DNA of 64,000 nt from the NCBI GenBank assembly GCA_021819085.1, contig JAKASJ010000006.1, forward strand, positions 38,166 through 102,165. The letters run 5' to 3'. The notes below the pieces were generated by a model, which was given only the letters and a program-made list of their open reading frames with translations, ran no database searches and had not been told where the DNA came from. This stretch comes from Pseudomonadota bacterium (GTDB taxonomy: Bacteria; Pseudomonadota; Gammaproteobacteria; Acidiferrobacterales; UBA6901). Shown here one piece after another: positions 8,404 to 15,800 of this stretch; the stretch's first letter is position 1; each line of letters starts with the position of its first letter. The translations under genes and the position numbers were made by a program.

Positions 8404-9459
8404 TTAGTCCGTCTTCGCCAATAAACCGGTGCTTTCCGGACGTGCCTCTGAACCGGCGGCCGGAACTTCGCGTACTGTATCGAATCCCCGACTCCTCCAC
8501 CCGACCAGCCCATCGTTTACCAGCAGCGCCTGGGTAAAGCCCGCCGATCGCAGCAGTTCGACCGCCTTGCCGGACATGCGGTTGGTGCGGCATATGACGG
8601 CAAGCGGATGTCCGCGCTGCGGTTCGATCTCGGTCAGGCGATGCGCCAGTTCCGCAAGCGGGATGTTGAGCGAGCCGGCGATGTGCCCGAGCTCGCCGGT
8701 GTAGTCGGCGAGCGGACGTACGTCGAGTACCATCAAGCCTTCGTTGCCCTCAAGGCGCTTTTTGAGTTCATCGCTGGAAATGGTGTCCGTGCCGGGCTTG
8801 CGGCGCACACGCTTGACGAGCCCCGGCAGGAATGCGACTGCGGCAAGCAGGGCCAGCGCGAGCAGTCCCTTGCGCACCACACCTTCACCGCCCGCCGCCG
8901 CTTCGCGTCCCGCGTAGCCGAGATAGGTGTAGGCGAACGCGCCGGGCAGCATGAATACGAAGGAACCGACGATATAGGAAAGCAGCCGGATGCGGGTGAG
9001 GCCCAACGCATAGTTGAGCAGGTTAAACGGAAACAGCGGCACCAGCCGCACGAATGCGATGAATCGCCAGCCCTCCCTTTCAACGCCGTCGATGATCGAT
9101 CCGGTCCAGCCGCCAGCCCGGCGATGCGCCCAGTCGGATGCGAGGTAGCGGGCAATCAGGAACGCAATCGTGGCGCCCGCGGTGGCGCCGGTGAGACTGT
9201 ACAGGGTGCCCCACACTGGACCGAAAAGTGCGCCACCGGCAAGCGTGATCACCGCACCGGGAAGGAACAGTACTGTGGCAGCAGCATAGGCCGCCATGAA
9301 AAGAAGCGGCCCGAGGGCACCGGCGCCGGCGATCTGCGCCTGCAGCGCGGCGGCGTTGAGCCAGTCCCGATTGAAAAACGCTGCGATGATCCCGACGACG
9401 AGCGCGGCAGATATCACAAGGCGCGGGATTGTCCGGCGTTTCACGAAAACCGGCTCCAT
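8404..9459 (-). CDS. TVP38/TMEM64 (VTT/DedA-like) membrane protein fused to a C-terminal rhodanese domain
   Basis: LFLPGAVITLAGGALFG and FVRLVPLFPFNLLNYALGLT (VTT); then VLDVRP...GHIAGSLNIPL...ICRTNRMS...DGLVGW (rhodanese with active-site Cys). Confidence 0.88.
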   Translation of the reverse strand: MEPVFVKRRTIPRLVISAALVVGIIAAFFNRDWLNAAALQAQIAGAGALGPLLFMAAYAAATVLFLPGAVITLAGGALFGPVWGTLYSLTGATAGATIAFLIARYLASDWAHRRAGGWTGSIIDGVEREGWRFIAFVRLVPLFPFNLLNYALGLTRIRLLSYIVGSFVFMLPGAFAYTYLGYAGREAAAGGEGVVRKGLLALALLAAVAFLPGLVKRVRRKPGTDTISSDELKKRLEGNEGLMVLDVRPLADYTGELGHIAGSLNIPLAELAHRLTEIEPQRGHPLAVICRTNRMSGKAVELLRSAGFTQALLVNDGLVGWRSRGFDTVREVPAAGSEARPESTGLLAKTD

Positions 9460-10292
9460 TCGCGACGGTTGATGGCATAGCCACGGACACGACCGAGAAA
9501 GGGCAGGATCAGCATGCCCGGCAAATCATTTACGAGTTTCGGCTTGCGGTAATCGCGGATGCCGAAGGTCATGCTGTCGTGGCCGGCGTCGGGCTGGTCC
9601 TTGTAGGTGCCAAACAGCCTGTCCCACAGGGACAGATTAAAGCCAAAATTGCTGTTGGCCTCATGGTCTTCGATAGAATGGTGTACCCGATGCATGTCCG
9701 GGGTGACGATCAGCAGACGCAGCACCCGGTCCAGGCCAAGCGGCAGCCGCACATTGCCATGATTGAACATGGCGGTGGCGTTAAGTACCACTTCAAAAAT
9801 CACCACGGCGGCCGCCGGAGCGCCGATAAGTGCAATTACTGCAAACTTGATCAGCATCGAAAGCAGGATCTCGACCGGATGAAATCGCGCGCCCGTGGTG
9901 ACGTCGAAATCAAGGTCGGCATGGTGCATGCGGTGCAGCCGCCACAGCGCCGGAACCGCATGGAACATGATGTGCTGGAGATAGATCGCAAAATCCAACA
10001 GAATCACCGAGGCAAGAACGGCGACCCACGGAGCGACGGCAAGCATGTTGAACAATCCCCAACCGCGGCCGGCCGCCAGCAGCGCAAATCCGGTGGCGGC
10101 CACCGGCAGCAGCAGGCGCAGCAATGCACTGTTGAGGAACACGATGCCGAGGTTGCTGCCCCAGCGGCGCGGCCGGGGCAAGGAAAGCGCACGACGCGGC
10201 AAGGCAAGTTCCAGCAGGATCATGACCATGAGGATCCCGAAAAACATGCCTAACCGCAGAACCATGGCATGCCGCACGACAGATTGAAGCAT
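9441..10292 (-). CDS. Sterol desaturase / fatty acid hydroxylase family protein
   Basis: His boxes QHIMFH, HRMHH, FNHGN, HRVHH and NFGFNLSLWDRLFGTY. ATG 10292 (SD-like AGGGG) preferred over GTG 10349. Confidence 0.88.
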   Translation of the reverse strand: MLQSVVRHAMVLRLGMFFGILMVMILLELALPRRALSLPRPRRWGSNLGIVFLNSALLRLLLPVAATGFALLAAGRGWGLFNMLAVAPWVAVLASVILLDFAIYLQHIMFHAVPALWRLHRMHHADLDFDVTTGARFHPVEILLSMLIKFAVIALIGAPAAAVVIFEVVLNATAMFNHGNVRLPLGLDRVLRLLIVTPDMHRVHHSIEDHEANSNFGFNLSLWDRLFGTYKDQPDAGHDSMTFGIRDYRKPKLVNDLPGMLILPFLGRVRGYAINRREWSRFS

Positions 10293-10329
10293 GATGCCCC
10301 CTACCGACCGTAGAAAATACGCCGCCAAT

Positions 10330-10376
10330 TTGGAAAAACCAGCCGGCACTGCTATAATTCAATTAGTCAATTGAAT
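10330..10376 (+). promoter_or_regulatory. Sigma70 promoter of the ArsR-rhodanese gene with overlapping operator palindrome
   Basis: TTGGAA (10330-10335)-17 bp-TATAAT (10353-10358) with TG extension. Perfect inverted repeat ATTCAATT-agtc-AATTGAAT at 10357-10376. Confidence 0.75.
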
Positions 10377-10396
10377 ACTATGTTTCAGAGGTTCCC

Positions 10397-11071
10397 ATGT
10401 CAAGTCCTTCGCTCAAGCAGCAGCTCTATCGTGAAATTGCACGCATCGGCAAAGCTGTCTGTCACGGCAATCGTCTGGAACTGCTCGAGTATCTTGCTCA
10501 GGGAGAGCGCACTGTCGATGCGCTGGCGGGGCTGACGGACATTTCCGTGGCCAACGCTTCGCAGCATCTCCAGGTGCTGCGCCAAAGCGGCCTCGTGAAA
10601 GCCCACAAGGAAGGACAACACGTTTTCTACAGTATTGCCGACGATGAGGTCGTCCGGCTGCTTGCAAGCATGCGCAAACTCGCGGAAACCCACCTGGCGG
10701 AGGTTGAGCGCCTGGTGCGCAGCTATTTGACCGTCAAGGACGAGCTGGAGCCGATTCCTCGGGCAGAGCTTCTCGACCGGGCGCGCCGCGGACTGGTAAC
10801 AGTAATGGACGTTCGCCCACAGGAGGAGTACGCCTCGGGCCATGTGCCAGGAGCCATCAACCTGCCGATCAAGGATCTTGAGCACCGGTTGCGGGACCTG
10901 CCGCTGGATCAGGAGATCGTCGCCTACTGCCGGGGTCCACACTGCGTGCTGGCCTTCGAGGCGGTGGAACGGCTGCGCCGGGCGGGGTATCGGGCGCGAC
11001 GGCTGCAGGATGGATTTCCCGAATGGCGCGAGGCAGGACTGCCGGTCGAAACCGCAGGTTCCCGCGACTGA
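10397..11071 (+). CDS. ArsR/SmtB-family transcriptional regulator fused to rhodanese
   Basis: Winged HTH (RLELLEYL...SVANASQHLQVLRQSGLV...EGQHVFYSI) plus rhodanese (VMDVRPQEEYASGHVPGAINLP, YCRGPHC, DGFPEW). Confidence 0.92.
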   Translation: MSSPSLKQQLYREIARIGKAVCHGNRLELLEYLAQGERTVDALAGLTDISVANASQHLQVLRQSGLVKAHKEGQHVFYSIADDEVVRLLASMRKLAETHLAEVERLVRSYLTVKDELEPIPRAELLDRARRGLVTVMDVRPQEEYASGHVPGAINLPIKDLEHRLRDLPLDQEIVAYCRGPHCVLAFEAVERLRRAGYRARRLQDGFPEWREAGLPVETAGSRD

Positions 11072-11083
11072 CGAGGGCGTTAT

Positions 11084-11776
11084 GTGCGTGACGACATCCG
11101 GATTCGCAGGAGCGGGCGCAAGCGGATTTTTTTTGCCCGTGCCGAGCGCATGACCGCTGTGTCCGGCGGAAATTGCCGCTGGCACAGCTGCAGCATGGCG
11201 TGGGTGGTTCTGCCGCTGGTTTTGGCCGCGGGCTGGACGCCGGCAGTGGATGCTTCCGGACCGCAGCCCCGATCGACGCTGCCCAGGTGGTCGGAGGTCG
11301 AGCCTGACGGACTGGCTGTCGAACTTGTCCAGCGGCCGATCGATCTGACCGAGGCGTTTTTTCAGGGGCGTGGCTTTACGCCCGCCACCTCACGGCAGAT
11401 TGCCGACGCCTGTGTCATGGCGGTTGTCGTAAAGAACCGGTCACCTTCCGGGACGATTCGGTTCAATCTCGCCGATTGGCGGGTGATCACCAGCGGCCAT
11501 GAGCAGCCGCTGCGACTTGAAGCCGACTGGCACAAAGAATGGGGTAAGGAACGGGTCTCGCGCCCGGCGCAGATCGCCTTCCGCTATGCCCTGCTACCGA
11601 CCGTGGATCGGCTCGGCCCGGGCGACTGGCTGCAGGGAATGATTACCGCCAATCTCGGTGCCGGCCGGCACTTCGATCTCCGGATCCGCTGGACGGACAA
11701 CGGCGTGCCGAAGCAGACAACGGTGCGCAGCGTGCTATGCTCTGCGAGGCATCCATCGACAGGGAAATCGCCTTGA
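11084..11776 (+). CDS. Hypothetical exported protein (true start probably further downstream)
   Basis: Signal-peptide-like MAWVVLPLVLAAGWTPAVDA followed by a globular-looking domain with two Cys; stop overlaps the next start (TTGA). Confidence 0.65.
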   Translation: MRDDIRIRRSGRKRIFFARAERMTAVSGGNCRWHSCSMAWVVLPLVLAAGWTPAVDASGPQPRSTLPRWSEVEPDGLAVELVQRPIDLTEAFFQGRGFTPATSRQIADACVMAVVVKNRSPSGTIRFNLADWRVITSGHEQPLRLEADWHKEWGKERVSRPAQIAFRYALLPTVDRLGPGDWLQGMITANLGAGRHFDLRIRWTDNGVPKQTTVRSVLCSARHPSTGKSP

Positions 11777-12324
11777 TTAATCGCTTCGTTGCCGCGGCAG
11801 TTATCGCCTGGCTCACCGCCGTACCGCTGGCCTATGCCAATTCAGCTGCCGCTCCGGGGCGCTTTGCTCCGAATTTCTCCCTCAAGGATCTTAACGGCAA
11901 GGTACGGCATTTCTCGGATTATCGCGGCAAACTCGTTATCGTGAACTTTTGGGCGACATGGTGTCCGCCCTGCCGCATGGAAATTCCTTCCATGGAGCGT
12001 GCCTACGAAAAGCTCAAGAACAGAGGATTCGTGATTCTCGGCATTGATGTCGGCGAGAATTGGAGCTCGGTTGCGCCCTTTGCGGAGCAGATGAAAATGA
12101 AGTACCCGGTTTTACTGGACCGCAATTCCACCGTCAGCAGGAAGTGGGGGATGATCGGATTGCCGACCAGTTACGTCATCGATCCGCACGGACGCGTGGT
12201 CGATGTCCTGGTCGGCGGAAGGAATTGGTTGAATCCGAAGCTGCAGGCACTCCTGAAGCAGCTGCTGCCGCGCGCTCCGGGGCCGGCGACTTCACTGAGG
12301 AGGCCGGCGACCGGTTCCGGTTGA
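11773..12324 (+). CDS. TlpA/ResA-family periplasmic thiol-disulfide reductase
   Basis: Signal peptide; APNFSLKDLNG, VNFWATWCPPCRMEIP, GLPTSYVID. TTG start at 11773 after AGGGA. Confidence 0.9.
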   Translation: MINRFVAAAVIAWLTAVPLAYANSAAAPGRFAPNFSLKDLNGKVRHFSDYRGKLVIVNFWATWCPPCRMEIPSMERAYEKLKNRGFVILGIDVGENWSSVAPFAEQMKMKYPVLLDRNSTVSRKWGMIGLPTSYVIDPHGRVVDVLVGGRNWLNPKLQALLKQLLPRAPGPATSLRRPATGSG

Positions 12325-12800
12325 GTTGCGGCGCTTTGGTCCGGCCAGACCCAGGGCGCGCACTGTGCTGATCATGTCTACGGATACCGGGACGTGATTG
12401 TGCTCATCCGCGTAACTGATTCCCGTCCCGAGCAGCAGATCCCCTTCGACGTCACCCGGTTTCCCGGGCGGACCCCTTTGCGCTTTTCACACGCTGTGCC
12501 TTGTCGGTGCCAAATCCGCGAATAAGGATCGGTGGTGCCCGGTGCGCCTGACCGGGAAACACGCCATGCCTGGATGAACTGGACGGGAATGAGCCACACC
12601 GCACGAGGTCTTGCCCTGGCGGGGCCCCGGTGTTTTCGCGCCCTCTTCGGGCCTGACCTTCAGGCCGCCACGCATTGCCGGCAGTGATCGTGAACGGGTT
12701 AGGCGCTGCTTCCCGTCTTCTGCGGCAGGTGCGACCGAAGCGCGCTTGTCAGCTTCCGATTCACGGCAGACGGAACATCGATACCCGCCGCGCTGACCTT

Positions 12801-12809
12801 TGCTATAAC
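12801..12809 (+). promoter_or_regulatory. Putative extended -10 promoter element for the beta-oxidation operon
   Basis: TGCTATAAC about 30 bp upstream of ATG 12839, in a locally AT-rich patch; no clear -35. Confidence 0.4.
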
Positions 12810-12838
12810 TACCCATATACGGAACAATAATCAAAGAC

Positions 12839-15800
12839 ATGCCCTCCTCGCCCGAAGTCCTCATCGTAGGTGCTGGACCCGCTGGGATCGCGGCAGCGCT
12901 GCGGCTGGTTCGCGCGGGTGTTTCGGTGATGGTGCTCGAGGGTGCGGAGTATGCAGGCGCGGAGAACTGGTCCGGTTGCGTCTATCACGCCGAGGGTCTG
13001 CTGCGCGAGGATGTGCTGGGGCGAGAGCTGTGGCAGCAAGCCCCGAAGGAGCGGCGTATCGTCGCGCGCAGCCTGTATCTGCATGACGGCATCAATGCCG
13101 CAGGCTTCGAAGCCCGGGCCCATGCTGGCAATGATTACGGCGAAGCATGGACCGTTCTGCGCCCCAAACTCGATCGCTGGCTGGCGAGCCGCGCCATTGA
13201 TTTCGGCACCACCCTGATTACTGGCACCACGGCGACAGGCCTGCGGTATCACGGCGACCGTGTGGTGGGTGTCGATACCGACCGCGGGCCAGTGGACGCT
13301 CCCGTGGTGTTCCTCGCCGAAGGCGACGCGGCCGGATTGCTGGCGCGCGAAGGCTTCGAGCGGACGAAGCTCCCGCATTATGCCCAAGGCATCAAGGCGC
13401 TCTTCCACCTGCCGCCGCCGGAAATCGAGAAACGCTTTGAGCTGGGGCCGGGTGAAGGCATGGCGCAGGAGTGGCTGCTGCGAAACGGCCAGCTTGCCGG
13501 TCGCCCGGTGCGACTCAACATGACCGCCTTCCTTTATACGAATCACGACACGCTTTCGCTGGGGCTGGTGCTCCCGCTTGACCGGCTGGCCCAGGCCGGC
13601 GTTGCCGATCATCCGCATCTGTTTGAGCGCGTTCGCAACATTCCGGTGATCGCATCCTACCTCGCGGGTGCGCAGCAGATCGCCTACGGCGCCAAGGTAA
13701 TTCGTTCCGGGGGAATCGACGAGACTCCGGAGTGGGTGCGTGCCGGGCTGGCCGTTGGTGGCGGTGCGCTTGGCCTCGGGCAGGAGGTGCCCTACCCGAA
13801 TTTCATCGCCCCGGCCATCACCAGTGCACTGACTTTCGCCGACGCCGTATTGCGCATACGCCAGAAGGGTTCCGATTACACGCACGCGGAACTGCAGCAT
13901 GAGTACGCCGAAACATTGCGCAGCACCACCGATTTTTGCAATGCTGCGCTCATTCGGCGCTGGCCAGAGGCAATTCACGGTGGACCGGCCCTGTTCGACC
14001 ACCTGCCGGCCATGCTGGGCCAGATGATCGATGCCGAGCGACTGCCGTCCGGCGCCGGCCGCGCCCAGTGGCGCCGGGCCCTGGGTGTGCAGCTTACCCA
14101 TTTGCGCAGCGATGCGGCCCAGGCCTTGCATCTTGCGCGCGGGTTTGGCCCACGCTGGCGCGTGCTCCGGACGGCGCCACCGCCACTGCATGTGCGGTTC
14201 CTGGTCGCGCGCGCCGGCAGCGCGCCGGTACCGGTCGCAGTACCGGATGACCCTCTGCTGGCGCTGGCTGGCCAGGTGATCGGTCATTTCTACGGCCGGC
14301 GTTTGCCGGCGTTTGCCGATCGCGTGGCGTTGATCTGGCGCAGCATGGTGCGCCTGCCGCTGGCGCTGCCACGCATCGCCGGTCTGGGGCTGGGTGCGCT
14401 CACCGGGGGCGCGTCGCTGCTCGGCGACCTTGCAGCGTACAAGGCCTGCCGCCTGCCGTTGCGTGAACTGCTCCTGCGGCCTTACCATCGTTACGACGAT
14501 TGCACGCGCAGCAGCCTTGACTGGAGCGGGGCGCACCGAAGCGCCGCCTCCCCGACCACATGGATCGCTCCGCTCGTGCGTTACCGACCCGACCCACGGC
14601 ATCTGACCGTGCCCCTGGGTCTCGGCGCAGCGGCGCAGCAGCTGCGCAATGTCTGTCCGGCGGAAGTCTACAGTCTCGTCGGTCAGCTGGGCGGAGTCGC
14701 TAGCCAGCACGAAAACTGCATCAAGTGTGAGTCCTGCCGTGTGACGGTGCCCGGGGTGGACTGGAATCGTAACAGCAATCACCGGTTTGCCTATCGGGTT
14801 CCGGGAAATACTCGAAGCGGCCCGGATTCTTCCGTGATTTCCGCGCTGGAGCCTGTCTCGGCCGAGCCGCTGCCCCTGAGCGTTGCCGAGCGCAGGATCT
14901 GGCAGCGCCTGTATCAGTCGCTGTGTGCCCGACCGGCGATGGTCGCCGGGGAATGGCCGCGTGCCTGGGAAAAACTGTTGAGGGCAATTCCTCACAACGA
15001 GCTGACGCGGCCAAAAGTCGCGCGCATGGACGCGTGGTTGCGGCGCCACGGCTACGGCTGGATGGAGACTGAAGTGCGCGCTCTGCTGGAGCAGGCGCGG
15101 GCGCTGCCGGTTGACGGGCAGGGCGTGCGCGACAACGGCGCACACGCCCTGCAGCGCAGTCAGCGGGCGTGGGAGCGGCTGAAGACCGATTTTCCGTCGG
15201 AGCGGCTCAAATCGCTCGGACACGCGGCCTGGAAGCTTTCCGACCGGCGTGTCTTGCTTGATTGGATAGTCGCCGCGCGTACCCATCGTGTTGCCGCCGT
15301 CGAATGGCTGGCGGGCTGGTCGAGCGCGCTGGCGTGGATGGCCGCTGGACACTACCTGGCGGAGGCTTACGCCGGACACACGATCGCGGATGCCCTGGCC
15401 GGGCCATTGTGGCGCGAAGAAGATGGAAATTCTAATTGGATGTCAGGGGTCGTCGAGCGCTTTGTCGACCTGCAGGGCGTCAGCAGATCTGCCGCAGGGA
15501 TCGTTGCGCACGGTGCCGGCGCCGACGCCGCCCAGCCGGTGCGCAGGCGCGTCGTGGACGATGTCAGCGGCTTTTCCGCAACCGCCGAGCTTGCCGAAAT
15601 GAGCGTTGCGCTGGCGCTCGGCCAGGCGACGGTGTTGCGCCGTCGTGCACTGGAATATGCCGCTACCCGGGTCCAGTTCCGCGGCGAACTGCGGGACAAT
15701 GAGGGGCGCGAGAGCATCGCCAAGTTCGGCGTGGTCAAGCAGATGCTGGCGGGTGTGGAGTACGCGCATACGCTTCTCGGCCTGGCGCGCCGCTGGTGCC

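Noticed and set aside
12325-12800. Possible ncRNA or small gene between tlpA and the fusion gene
   Set aside because: No tRNA/riboswitch-like structure, repeat or credible ORF was recognisable by eye.
12839-14800. Nitrogen-fixation fixABCX interpretation
   Set aside because: No nif genes in the window. The FixC/X-like part is fused to ACAD domains inside a beta-oxidation operon, and the ETF-beta flavin site is eroded.
12809-15379. 856-aa antisense ORF (also 15443-16603 and the 875-aa ORF at 17339-19966) opposite the giant fusion
   Set aside because: No recognisable motifs. Long shadow ORFs are expected opposite GC-rich genes, and the plus-strand frame carries all the conserved motifs.
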